In this document: positions 47,284 through 56,508 of the stretch, piece by piece
How positions within the stretch are numbered: position 1 is the stretch's first letter
Layout of the letters: every line of letters starts with the position of its first letter
From: Deltaproteobacteria bacterium
Lineage (GTDB): Bacteria > Desulfobacterota > Binatia > Binatales > Binataceae
Length of the DNA stretch: 64,000 nt
Reading direction: 5' to 3'
NCBI GenBank assembly: GCA_021817345.1
Contig: JAKAVC010000134.1
Location: 4,311-68,310 of the forward strand
The notes under the pieces: generated by a model
Database searches by the model: none
Seen by the model: the letters and a program-made list of their open reading frames with translations, nothing else
Told to the model about the DNA's origin: nothing
Position numbers and translations under genes: made by a program

Positions 47284-47748
47284 GTGGCCTTTGAAGCCGG
47301 ACAGCGAGGCAAATATGTTTCGCAGATAAACGTCACGCCGCTGGTGGACGTGATGCTGGTGCTGCTGATCATTTTCATGGTCACCGCGCCGATTATCCAG
47401 CAGGGCGTGCAGGTCACGCTGCCAAAGGTCAAGGCGGCCGCGCTGCCGGGCAAGGAGCTTCAGTTCGTGGTTTCGATCACGCGCGGCGGCGAGATCTATC
47501 TGAACGATCGCAAGCTCTCCCCCGACGAGCTTACTCAAAAGCTCGCGGCGATCTCGCGCGAACGGCCCGACCGCGAGGTTTTTGTTCGCGCCGACGAGCA
47601 GGTTCCCTACGGCGAGGTTATCCGCACGATGGCGGCGATAAAGGCTGCCGGAATCGAAAACGTCGGGATGGTGACGGAAATGCCGGCGCCGGGCCGCGGC
47701 GGGCGAGGAGCGGCGGTCAGACACGATCGTGGGAAGTCCGCGCCATAA
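47284..47748 (+). CDS. tolR: Tol-Pal system protein TolR (ExbD/TolR family)
   Basis: INVTPLVDVMLVLLIIFMVTAP transmembrane segment. Confidence 0.85.
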   Translation: MAFEAGQRGKYVSQINVTPLVDVMLVLLIIFMVTAPIIQQGVQVTLPKVKAAALPGKELQFVVSITRGGEIYLNDRKLSPDELTQKLAAISRERPDREVFVRADEQVPYGEVIRTMAAIKAAGIENVGMVTEMPAPGRGGRGAAVRHDRGKSAP

Positions 47749-48781
47749 CGACGAAAGGCCGGCCCCGTGGGGATATATAGCGGCCATCGTGGTCTCCGCA
47801 CTCGGGCACGCGGGCCTGCTGGCCATCGTGTTCCTCGTGATGCCGCGCCTGTTCCATCCGGACGAAAGTCCTCCACCTTCTTACACGGTCAAGATAGTCG
47901 ACAGCCTGCCCGCCGGCGACCTCGGGACCCATCTGCCGCCACTGGCGCCCAGGCGTCGGCCGCGACCGGCCAGACGCGCCGAAGCGGAAAAACCCAGGCC
48001 CGAAAAACCCAAGCCTGTGCCGCCCAGGCTTCCGCACGAGCCCGACAAAAACGCAATCGCGCTCAACACCAGAAAGCTCGCGACCCCTACGCCGACACCG
48101 ACTCCTACGCCCACGCCGACTCGCGAGGCGACCGCCAGCCCCACGCCCAGGCCCAGGAAGCGCCACGAGGCCGCGCACAAGCCGGCTCCCAAGCCGACGC
48201 CGGAAAGGAAGCTCGCCCACACGCGCTCGACTCCCAAGCCCGAGCATCATCGCACTCACGAGCATAAGCGGCGCCAAACCGAAGTCGCGAGCGCCAAACC
48301 GCGACCCACGGCGAGCATCCAGGAGCAACTCGCAAAGATTCGCGAGGAGCTCCTTGCACAGCATCTCCGCGAGGAGAAAAAGGAACGCACGCACAACCAG
48401 TCCGCAAGCGGGCCGGTACTCGCCGACAAGGATACCGCGGGTTTGGGAATGGGCATCGGTTCCGGTACCGGAAGCATGGGGATTCAACAGGACCTCGCAT
48501 TTCTGCTCTACTATCGGACTGTGCAGCAGAGGATTAAGCAGGCATGGAGCTTCTCGGGAGGCTCCGGCGACCTGACCACGACGGTCGATTTTTCGATTGG
48601 ACCCGACGGAAGCCTGACCGGGGTGACGATCGCGAAGAGTTCGAACGACCCGGCCTACGATCAATCGGTGATTCGCGCAATCAAGCGGGCGGCGCCGTTT
48701 CCGGCGCCGCCGGAAAAATATCGCTCCGAGTTTGCGCACGGCGTGGAAGCGTTGTTCAAGCTCGGCGAACTCAAATCCTGA
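47729..48781 (+). CDS. tolA: TolA (N-terminal anchor, Pro/Thr/Lys-rich linker, TonB_C-like C-terminal domain)
   Basis: Domain architecture and its position between tolR and tolB. Contains a (TP)n linker. Confidence 0.75.
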   Translation: MGSPRHNDERPAPWGYIAAIVVSALGHAGLLAIVFLVMPRLFHPDESPPPSYTVKIVDSLPAGDLGTHLPPLAPRRRPRPARRAEAEKPRPEKPKPVPPRLPHEPDKNAIALNTRKLATPTPTPTPTPTPTREATASPTPRPRKRHEAAHKPAPKPTPERKLAHTRSTPKPEHHRTHEHKRRQTEVASAKPRPTASIQEQLAKIREELLAQHLREEKKERTHNQSASGPVLADKDTAGLGMGIGSGTGSMGIQQDLAFLLYYRTVQQRIKQAWSFSGGSGDLTTTVDFSIGPDGSLTGVTIAKSSNDPAYDQSVIRAIKRAAPFPAPPEKYRSEFAHGVEALFKLGELKS

Positions 48782-48862
48782 GATGTGGGATTGGCGAAGC
48801 TCCGCGCAATTCGAGGCCGGTTGGCCCCGGACCTCGTCGCCGCGGCTTCGAACGGTAAGGTG

Positions 48863-50185
48863 ATGATGAGGCGCTCATCTCTTTTGCTCCTGCTTGCCGC
48901 GTTCGTGGCGATAACCGCGACGCCGTTCACCGCCCGGGCGCAGATCAAGATGCAGATCATCGGACCGGGCTCACATCTTTCGCCGATCGCGGTCTCGGCG
49001 CTGAAAAACCTGGGCGGTGACGATCGGCACGGCGTCTCCAGCGAGTTCGACAGTATCCTGTCGCACGATCTCGAACTCTCGGGTTACTTCCGCCTGATAA
49101 GCCCCAAGGCCTTTATCGAGGATGCGCAGACCTCGGGCTACGATCTCGGGCAGTTCAACTTCGCCGATTGGCGTTCGATCAACGCCGATTTCCTGGTCAA
49201 GGGCGCGGTCAAAATTGACGGCAATCAGGTCCAGTTGACCGCGCTCTTGTTCGACGTCGCGCAGCAGCGCCGGATGATGGGAAAGAGCTTCACCGGCCAG
49301 CTCTCGGAGGTGCCCAGGATGGCGCGTCGCTTCGCCGACGCGCTGCTCAAAGCCACCACCGGCATCGAAGGCCCGTTCGATTCGAGACTCGCCTTCGTAT
49401 CGACCCGCGGCGGACGTTTCAAGGAAATCTATCTCCAGTCGATCGACGGCCATGGGCTTTTCCGCCTCACCGACAACCCGACGATCAACCTGTTTCCCGC
49501 CTTCGACCGCAGGCACGAGGTGCTCTATCTGTCGTACAAGACGATGATGCCCGCGCTTTACCTGGCCAATCCGGCCACCCGGCGCGAAGTGCGTATCGTG
49601 TCAACGCGCGGCAAGATGGTGGGCGGGGCGATCTCGCCCGACGGGCACCTGATCGCGGCCGCGATCGAGCACGCTGGCGCGACCAATCTCTTCCTGCTCG
49701 ACCGCGGCGGACAGGAGTTGCGTCGGCTCACCGATACCAACGGCATTAATGTCAGCCCGGCTTTTTCAAGCGACGGCCGGATGCTCGCGTTCACCTCGGA
49801 CCGCTCGGGCACTCCGCAGATTTACGTGATGTCGGTCGCGGGCGGCGGCGCGCGCCGCGTCACCTACAAGGGCAATTACAACACCACGCCGGCCTTTTCC
49901 CCCGACGGTAAGTTTATCGCCTACGAAAGCCGCGACGGCGGGCACTTCGACGTCTGGATCGTGGGCGTGGACGGCAGCGACCCGATCAATCTGACCCACG
50001 GAGTCGGCTCGAGCCAGTATCCGGCGTGGTCGCCCGACGGACGATACATAGCTTTCAGTTCGACCAGGAACGGAAACTCGCACATCTATCTATTGCAGGT
50101 TGCAACTCAAACGGTCATTTCTGCTTTGACGGAGGGTAACGGTAATGATTCCTGTCCCGCGTGGTCGTGGTGGCTGGGAGATTAG
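48863..50185 (+). CDS. tolB: Tol-Pal system beta-propeller protein TolB
   Basis: Signal peptide, TolB N-domain and WD-like beta-propeller. Start taken at the MMRRSSLLLLL internal ATG. Confidence 0.9.
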   Translation: MMRRSSLLLLLAAFVAITATPFTARAQIKMQIIGPGSHLSPIAVSALKNLGGDDRHGVSSEFDSILSHDLELSGYFRLISPKAFIEDAQTSGYDLGQFNFADWRSINADFLVKGAVKIDGNQVQLTALLFDVAQQRRMMGKSFTGQLSEVPRMARRFADALLKATTGIEGPFDSRLAFVSTRGGRFKEIYLQSIDGHGLFRLTDNPTINLFPAFDRRHEVLYLSYKTMMPALYLANPATRREVRIVSTRGKMVGGAISPDGHLIAAAIEHAGATNLFLLDRGGQELRRLTDTNGINVSPAFSSDGRMLAFTSDRSGTPQIYVMSVAGGGARRVTYKGNYNTTPAFSPDGKFIAYESRDGGHFDVWIVGVDGSDPINLTHGVGSSQYPAWSPDGRYIAFSSTRNGNSHIYLLQVATQTVISALTEGNGNDSCPAWSWWLGD

Positions 50186-50717
50186 GACCAATGGCGTTCT
50201 CAGGTTCGCGGCGCTGATTCTGGTATGCGCGGCGTTTGCCGCCTCGGGATGCTCGTCTTCGGTGAAGAAGACCCCGGGCCTCGGTGCGGGCGCCGGCGCG
50301 GGCGCCGGAATGGGCGAAAGCAACCTCGGCAACAAGGGCTCGCTTGCACAGTTCAAGAAGGGAGAGCTCGGCGCCGGCGAGGGCGGACCGCTCAGCGATA
50401 TCCATTTCGCGTTCAACCAGTACACGATTGAGCCCCAGGACGACTCCGTGCTGAAGGCGAACGCCCAGTGGCTCGAAGCCCATCCCAACACCAACGTCCA
50501 GGTCGAAGGACATTGCGACGAGCGCGGCTCCGAGGAATACAACATCGCACTCGGTGCAAAGCGCGCCCAGTCGGCCAAGGATTACCTGGTAACGCTCGGA
50601 ATCGCCCCGAGCCGAATCTCCACGATAAGCTACGGCAAGGAGCTTCCGCTCTGTACCGAGCATACCGAGGAGTGCTGGGCGCGCAACCGGCGCGACCATT
50701 TCGTGGTCTCTCAATAG
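50145..50717 (+). CDS. pal: peptidoglycan-associated lipoprotein Pal (OmpA family)
   Basis: Lipobox AASGC|S and OmpA-like C-terminal domain (NxxLSxxRA...YL). ATG preceded by GGAGGG. Overlaps the tolB 3' end by 41 nt. Confidence 0.85.
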   Translation: MIPVPRGRGGWEIRTNGVLRFAALILVCAAFAASGCSSSVKKTPGLGAGAGAGAGMGESNLGNKGSLAQFKKGELGAGEGGPLSDIHFAFNQYTIEPQDDSVLKANAQWLEAHPNTNVQVEGHCDERGSEEYNIALGAKRAQSAKDYLVTLGIAPSRISTISYGKELPLCTEHTEECWARNRRDHFVVSQ

Positions 50718-50720
50718 GAG

Positions 50721-51593
50721 ATGCCCGTGCGCATACGCTCTCTGATACTTGGCGCGACGCTGATGGCCGGACTCGGAGCGCTCTCCGGGTGCGCTCCGAG
50801 TTCCAATGACCTTCAGCAGCTCAACCAGAACCAGTTTGTCCTGCGCGGGATGATCGCCAGCGACCGCCAGCAAATCGACGCGCTCCAGCAGCAGGTGCGC
50901 AGTCTTCAGGGTGAAATAGCCCAGATTCAGCACACCGGAGCGGGTGTCGGCGCAAGCGGCGGGCAGATTGCCGCGCTCAACAAGCGCATCGCGAAGCTCG
51001 AGTCCGAGGTCGGCGCGCTGCAGGCCGCGATGCCGACGATTCCGCCGGCACCCGGAACGACCCCGGGCACCACAACCGGGGCGGCGACTACGGGCGCGAC
51101 AACCGCGGGCGTCGCGCCGCCGACTCCTTCCGCAGCGCCTTCGGAACTTCAGCCGACCTGGCCGAGCGAGCTCGAACAGGAACTGGCGGCGGCCAAGGAC
51201 CAGCGCGGCGCGGGCGTGGCGCTGTTTCGCGCAGGGCTCACCGACATGAAGAGCGGACGCTATCCGGCGGCGGTGCTCAAGTTCGCGCAATTCCAGCGCA
51301 AGTATCCCAAGTCGCCGCTTTCAGAGCCTGCGGAATACTTCGCCGCCAACGCCCTTTACGAAGAAGGCAAGTTCGACCGCTCGATCCTTCAGTTCAACGA
51401 CCTCGTGATGCGCTTTCCGAGCGGCAAGTACGCAAGTCAGTCGCTGCTGCGCGAAGCGCAGGCTTTCATGAAGCTCAACGACAAGATCGACGCGCGCCTC
51501 ACCCTGCAGAAGCTGCTCTCCGACCATCCCGGAACCCCGCAGGCGACCGCCGCGAACACCCTGATGAAGCAGCTTGCGGCGAGCGCCGACTGA
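50721..51593 (+). CDS. cpoB: cell division coordinator CpoB/YbgF (coiled coil plus TPR)
   Basis: Signal peptide, coiled-coil region, C-terminal TPR. Last gene of the tol-pal cluster. Confidence 0.8.
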   Translation: MPVRIRSLILGATLMAGLGALSGCAPSSNDLQQLNQNQFVLRGMIASDRQQIDALQQQVRSLQGEIAQIQHTGAGVGASGGQIAALNKRIAKLESEVGALQAAMPTIPPAPGTTPGTTTGAATTGATTAGVAPPTPSAAPSELQPTWPSELEQELAAAKDQRGAGVALFRAGLTDMKSGRYPAAVLKFAQFQRKYPKSPLSEPAEYFAANALYEEGKFDRSILQFNDLVMRFPSGKYASQSLLREAQAFMKLNDKIDARLTLQKLLSDHPGTPQATAANTLMKQLAASAD

Positions 51594-51600
51594 ACCGTCG

Positions 51601-52524
51601 ATGGAGATAATCCGCAATCTGGAAGGCTTCCAGCGCCATCCCTGTCCGGTGGTGGCGTTGGGCAACTTCGACGGCGTCCATCTTGGTCATCGCGCGATTC
51701 TCAAGACCGCGATGGAACGGGCGCGCGCGGCGGGTGGAACCTCGTTCGCGCTCACCTTCGATCCTTTGCCGGCCAAGCTGCTTTCGCCCGACAAGGCTCC
51801 GCCGCTCCTGATGACTTCGGAGGACAAGATAGAGGCGCTCCGCGTATCGGGACTTGACGGGGTTATCGTGCTCGACTTCACGCGCGAACTGAGCCTGCTC
51901 ACTCCGCGCGAGTTCGTGCGCGAGTACCTGGTCGGCAAGCTCGGCGTGCGCGAGGTGGTGGTCGGCCATAGCGTGAACTTCGGCCACAACCGCGCCGGCA
52001 ACGCGAGCGTGATGGTCGAACTCGGAGGCGAATTCGGATTCGACGCGACGGTGGTCGGGCCGGTCAAGGTCGCCGGGATGGAAGTCAGCTCGACCAAGAT
52101 AAGGCAGCTCATAGCCGACGCCGATCTCCGCGGCGCGGCACGCCTGCTCGGGCGATACCATTTTCTGCGCGGCGTGGTGGTTCACGGACGCGAGCGCGGA
52201 CGGAAAATCGGTTTTCCCACCGCCAATCTGGAAAGCGAAACCGAATGCGTCCCGCCCGACGGAGTTTACGCGGCGCGGATGGTCCTGCCCGACGGGACTT
52301 ACCCCTCGATTACCAATATCGGGATGCGTCCGACGTTCAACGAGACCACCCGTTCAATCGAGTCGCATATCTTTGACGTCAATCGCGACCTTTACGGCCA
52401 GCGCGTCAAGCTCGAGATCGTCGAGCGCGTTCGCGGCGAGCGCAAGTTCGACTCCGCCGAGGAACTGGCCAGGCAGATCGCGTTCGACGTGGACAACGTC
52501 AAGAAAATTCTGGCCGCCGCCTAG
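51601..52524 (+). CDS. ribF: bifunctional riboflavin kinase / FMN adenylyltransferase
   Basis: GNFDGVHLGH nucleotidyltransferase motif and C-terminal riboflavin kinase domain. Confidence 0.9.
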   Translation: MEIIRNLEGFQRHPCPVVALGNFDGVHLGHRAILKTAMERARAAGGTSFALTFDPLPAKLLSPDKAPPLLMTSEDKIEALRVSGLDGVIVLDFTRELSLLTPREFVREYLVGKLGVREVVVGHSVNFGHNRAGNASVMVELGGEFGFDATVVGPVKVAGMEVSSTKIRQLIADADLRGAARLLGRYHFLRGVVVHGRERGRKIGFPTANLESETECVPPDGVYAARMVLPDGTYPSITNIGMRPTFNETTRSIESHIFDVNRDLYGQRVKLEIVERVRGERKFDSAEELARQIAFDVDNVKKILAAA

Positions 52525-53405
52525 CCGAGGCGCGCCGCTGCCTCGACCCATTCGCGAGCGAGCCGTTCAACGTGCCCGGCCACCTCCGAGGCCTTCTCGG
52601 GCAGGTTCGAGAGCATCACGAGTTCGTTCACGCCAAGCTCATGGTAGCGCTTCAGATCGTCGGCGGTGATTCGCTGCGTGTAGGGCGAAACAATAATCTC
52701 GACGTCGGAGAGTCTGCGCCCATTCTGTTCAAGCAGCGACTTTAGTTTCGCGATCTTCTCCTTCGCCTCGGCGGGATTCAGGTTGAAGCCGTACCATCCG
52801 TCGCCGTACTCGGCGCATCGCCTGAGCGCGGGCGTGCTCTCGCCGCCGAAAATTATCGGAAGCTTTCCGCCCTGCGGCGGGCGCGGATAGCTGCCCGCGT
52901 TGTCGAAGTTGACGAACTCCCCGTGAAACGATGCGACGCCCTCGGCCCACAGCTTGCGCATCGCGGCGATGTACTCGCGCGTCCGCTGGGCGCGGCGCTC
53001 GAACGGAATCCCGAGCGCGTCGAACTCCTCCTTCGACCATCCGATTCCCACCCCGAGCGCGAACCGTCCGCCCGCGAGGCGGTCCAGCGTCGCGATCTCC
53101 TTGGCAAGAATCAGCGGATTGTGCTCCGGGACGAGACAGATTCCCGTGGCGAGGCGAATCTGCCTGGTGCAGGCGGCGGCGTAGGTCAGCGTGATGAACG
53201 GGTCGGTCCAGTCGGCGTCGGCGCCGAGCGGAAACTGGCCGTTCTCCGCGTAAGGATATTTCGAGTCTCTGCGATCGAAGAGCACGACGTGCTCGGGCGC
53301 CCATAGCGTTGCGAAACCGGCGCGCTCGGCGCTCTCGGACGCCGCGCGGATGTTTTCGGGATAGGTTCCCGGCCCGATCCCAAGCGCAAACAGTCCAATC
53401 TTCAT
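52521..53405 (-). CDS. LLM-class (luciferase-like) flavin/F420-dependent oxidoreductase
   Basis: TIM-barrel LLM family N-terminus (MKIGLFALG...FATLWAPEH). Confidence 0.75.
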   Translation of the reverse strand: MKIGLFALGIGPGTYPENIRAASESAERAGFATLWAPEHVVLFDRRDSKYPYAENGQFPLGADADWTDPFITLTYAAACTRQIRLATGICLVPEHNPLILAKEIATLDRLAGGRFALGVGIGWSKEEFDALGIPFERRAQRTREYIAAMRKLWAEGVASFHGEFVNFDNAGSYPRPPQGGKLPIIFGGESTPALRRCAEYGDGWYGFNLNPAEAKEKIAKLKSLLEQNGRRLSDVEIIVSPYTQRITADDLKRYHELGVNELVMLSNLPEKASEVAGHVERLAREWVEAAARLG

Positions 53406-53602
53406 TTGTCTTCTCTCCCTGAACGGTCTTGCTAACACAGCGCACGCATCGTCGGCAAAACGCCAACCGGCTTTGCCGGTGAAAGACGTTTGAAGGAAGT
53501 GCCAGGGACGTTCGGACCCTGCGGTAAAGCGAATCCCTATCGGATAGACTTAGCCCTCGGGGCAAGGGCAAGATAACCGATGCGCGCCTTGCGCCGTGCC
53601 TG

Positions 53603-55585
53603 ATGGAATCTGAGACCTCATCGTATCCTTCGTCCGCGCAAACCGGCCTCGCCGGGCTTCGCGTTATCGCGTTCGAAAGCCGGATGGCCGTGGAAGTGGC
53701 CAGGATGCTCGAAGCGCGCGGCGCGTCGGCGACCGTTGCGCCCGCGATGCGCGAAGTGCCGCTGGAAGACAATCGTTCGGCGCTCGATGCGGCCGACCGG
53801 CTGGTCGCGGGCGAATTCGACGTGGTAATCCTGCTGACCGGAGTCGGCGTGCGCGCGATGTTCCACGTAATGGAGGCGCGCCATCCGCAGGCCGTGCTCG
53901 TCGCCGCGCTCAGCCGCGCGGTCACCGTCGCGCGCGGGCCGAAACCGGCCAAGGCGCTTCGCGATCTGGGCGTCGAACCAACCGTCGTCGCGCGCGATCC
54001 GAGCACCTGGCGCGAGCTGCTCGGCGCTCTGACCGCTCACGTGAAGCTCGAAGGAAAACGCGTCGCGGTGCAGGAGTACGGCGTTCCAAACCGCGATCTC
54101 CTCGCCGGACTGGAAGCGCGCGGCGCCAACGTCACGACGATTCCAGTCTATCGCTGGACGCTGCCCACGGATCGCGGGCCGCTCAAGGCCGCCCTTCAGG
54201 CGCTCGCCCGCGGCGAGGCCGACGTCGCCATCTTTACCAGCGCAAGCCAGGTAGCCAACGTGATGCAGGTCGCCGAGGCCGAGGGAATCGGCGAAGAAGT
54301 CCGCCGCGGCCTCGGCGCAATCGCGGTCGGCTCGGTCGGCCCGGTCTGCTCCGAGGAACTCCGCTCGCACGGTATCGAGCCGGACTTCGAGCCGGCGCAT
54401 CCGAAACTCGGCCATCTGATAAAGGAAGCCGCAGAGCGAAGCCGCGAAATCCTCGCGCGAAAACGCGCGGGCGGCGCAGTTATCGTGCTTACGGCCGAGC
54501 CGGTCTCACGACGCGCGGCGCTTTCGCAGAGCGAGCCGCGCTCGCCGAGGTGGGACCATCCGATGATGAAGGCGTGCCGGCGCGAGCCCGTGCCGTACAC
54601 TCCCATCTGGCTGATGCGGCAGGCGGGGCGTTACATGCCCGAGTATCGCCGCATCCGCGAAAAGCACGGCTTCCTGGAGATGTGCTCGAACCCGGAAATC
54701 TCCGCCGAAGTAACCACGTTCGCCGTCCAGCGCCTCGGCGTGGACGCGGCGATTATCTTCGCCGATATACTGTTGCCGCTGGTGCCGATGCGCGTCGGGC
54801 TTCATTACGAAAAGGGCGACGGCCCGCTTATCGATCGCCCGATTCGCTCCGCCGCCGACGTCGAACGCATTCCGCCCGTTGACGTAGCGGAGCTTGGCTT
54901 CATCGGCGAGGCGATAAAGATGGTCCATTCGGAGCTTGGCGGAAAGACGCCAGTGATAGGATTCGCCGGCGCGCCGTTCACGCTCGCCTCGTACCTGATC
55001 GAGGGCGGTGCGTCGCGCCAGTACCAGGCGACCAAGACTCTCATGTACACCCAGCCCGAGACGTGGCATCGCCTGATGGAAACTCTCGTCCGGGTCACGG
55101 CCGACTATCTCAACATGCAGGCCGCGGCGGGCGCCGACCTGGTGCAGATTTTCGACAGTTGGGTCGGAAGCCTCGGCCCCGACGACTACCGCCGCTTCGT
55201 CCTGCCGCATACCGCCGCGCTGATCGCGGCAATCAAGCCTGGAGTTCCCGTGATTCACTTCGGCACGATAACCGGCAGCCTGCTCACCGAGATGCGCGCC
55301 GCCGGAGGCGACGTCATCGGACTCGACTGGCGCGTCGATCTCGCCGAAGCATGGGCCCGGCTCGGCTACGACGTCGCGGTACAGGGCAATCTCGATCCGA
55401 TCGTGCTCTTCGCCGACATCAACGAAATCCGCGCGCGGGCGCGCGCAATTCTCGACAAGGCCGCCGGGCGCCCCGGGCATATCTTCAATCTCGGTCACGG
55501 TATCCTGCCCGAGACGCCCGTCGATCATGCGATTGCGCTGGTCGATGCGGTCCATGAGATGAGCGCGAGGACGCCGGCACGATGA
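53603..55585 (+). CDS. hemE: apparent fusion: uroporphyrinogen-III synthase (HemD) domain plus uroporphyrinogen decarboxylase (HemE) domain
   Basis: Residues 1-300 resemble HemD and residues ~314-660 are canonical HemE (PIWLMRQAGRYMPEYR). No stop codon separates them. An in-frame ATG (MMKACRR) at ~54542 could also start a stand-alone hemE. Confidence 0.75.
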   Translation: MESETSSYPSSAQTGLAGLRVIAFESRMAVEVARMLEARGASATVAPAMREVPLEDNRSALDAADRLVAGEFDVVILLTGVGVRAMFHVMEARHPQAVLVAALSRAVTVARGPKPAKALRDLGVEPTVVARDPSTWRELLGALTAHVKLEGKRVAVQEYGVPNRDLLAGLEARGANVTTIPVYRWTLPTDRGPLKAALQALARGEADVAIFTSASQVANVMQVAEAEGIGEEVRRGLGAIAVGSVGPVCSEELRSHGIEPDFEPAHPKLGHLIKEAAERSREILARKRAGGAVIVLTAEPVSRRAALSQSEPRSPRWDHPMMKACRREPVPYTPIWLMRQAGRYMPEYRRIREKHGFLEMCSNPEISAEVTTFAVQRLGVDAAIIFADILLPLVPMRVGLHYEKGDGPLIDRPIRSAADVERIPPVDVAELGFIGEAIKMVHSELGGKTPVIGFAGAPFTLASYLIEGGASRQYQATKTLMYTQPETWHRLMETLVRVTADYLNMQAAAGADLVQIFDSWVGSLGPDDYRRFVLPHTAALIAAIKPGVPVIHFGTITGSLLTEMRAAGGDVIGLDWRVDLAEAWARLGYDVAVQGNLDPIVLFADINEIRARARAILDKAAGRPGHIFNLGHGILPETPVDHAIALVDAVHEMSARTPAR

Positions 55586-56502
55586 GCGCGCGTATCGACG
55601 CCGTGATGCTCGTCGGGTTCGGCGCGCCGACCCGTCCCGGCGATATTCGCCCGTTCCTCGACAACCTGCTGCGCGGACGTCCCGTTCCCCGGGAGCGCTA
55701 CGAGGAAGTCGTGCGCCATTACGAAGCGGTCGGCGGCGGCTCGCCCTACAACGAGTTGACGAGGCGGCAGGCGAATGCGCTGCGCAATAGGCTCGCGCGC
55801 GACGGAATCGAAATTCCCGTCGCGGTCGGGATGCGCAACTGGGAGCCGTATGTAATCGACGCGATGCGCGAGCTTTCGCGCGCCGGCGCGCGCCGCGTTC
55901 TCGGCTTCGTCCTTTCGGCCCATCGATGCGAAGCGAGCTGGGAGCGCTATCTGGAAACCGTGCGCGCCGCGCAGGAGCAACTCGGCTCCGACGCGCCCGA
56001 GTTCGTTTATCCCGAGCCCTGGCATACCCATCCGAAATTCATCGAAGCCGTCGCGGCGCGCACGCGAGACGCGCTCGCCCGTCTCGCTCCCGCCGACGCC
56101 GCCCGAGCCCATCTGCTCTTCACGGCGCACAGTATACCGGTTGCGATGGCCGAGAAGTGCGCCTACGCGGACGAGGTCGCCGAGTCGGCGCGTCTGGTCG
56201 CGAAGGCGCTCTGGCGCGAAAAGTGGTCGCTCGCCTTCCAGAGCCGGAGCGGGAGCCCGCGCGAGCGATGGCTTGAACCCGATATCGCGCCGGCCTTGCG
56301 CGCGCTCGGCCAAAACGCGGTCGTGGTCATCCCGATCGGATTTCTCTGCGACCACCTCGAAGTGCTCTACGACCTCGACGTTGCGGCGCGCGAAATCGCG
56401 GTCGAGGCCGGCATCGTGATGGAGCGCGCGGGGACCGTCGGCGACCATCCCGTGTTTATCGAGATGATAGCCTCGTACGTCGCAAGCCATCGCGGAGCCT
56501 GA
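55582..56502 (+). CDS. hemH: ferrochelatase
   Basis: Ferrochelatase N-terminus (VGFGAP...PFL.NLL) and conserved His/Glu regions. Confidence 0.9.
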   Translation: MSARIDAVMLVGFGAPTRPGDIRPFLDNLLRGRPVPRERYEEVVRHYEAVGGGSPYNELTRRQANALRNRLARDGIEIPVAVGMRNWEPYVIDAMRELSRAGARRVLGFVLSAHRCEASWERYLETVRAAQEQLGSDAPEFVYPEPWHTHPKFIEAVAARTRDALARLAPADAARAHLLFTAHSIPVAMAEKCAYADEVAESARLVAKALWREKWSLAFQSRSGSPRERWLEPDIAPALRALGQNAVVVIPIGFLCDHLEVLYDLDVAAREIAVEAGIVMERAGTVGDHPVFIEMIASYVASHRGA

Positions 56503-56508
56503 AACCCG

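Noticed and set aside
48050-48130. (ACGCCG/ACTCCT)n Thr-Pro repeat
   Set aside because: It is the coding sequence of the TolA Pro/Thr linker, not a repeat element or CRISPR array.
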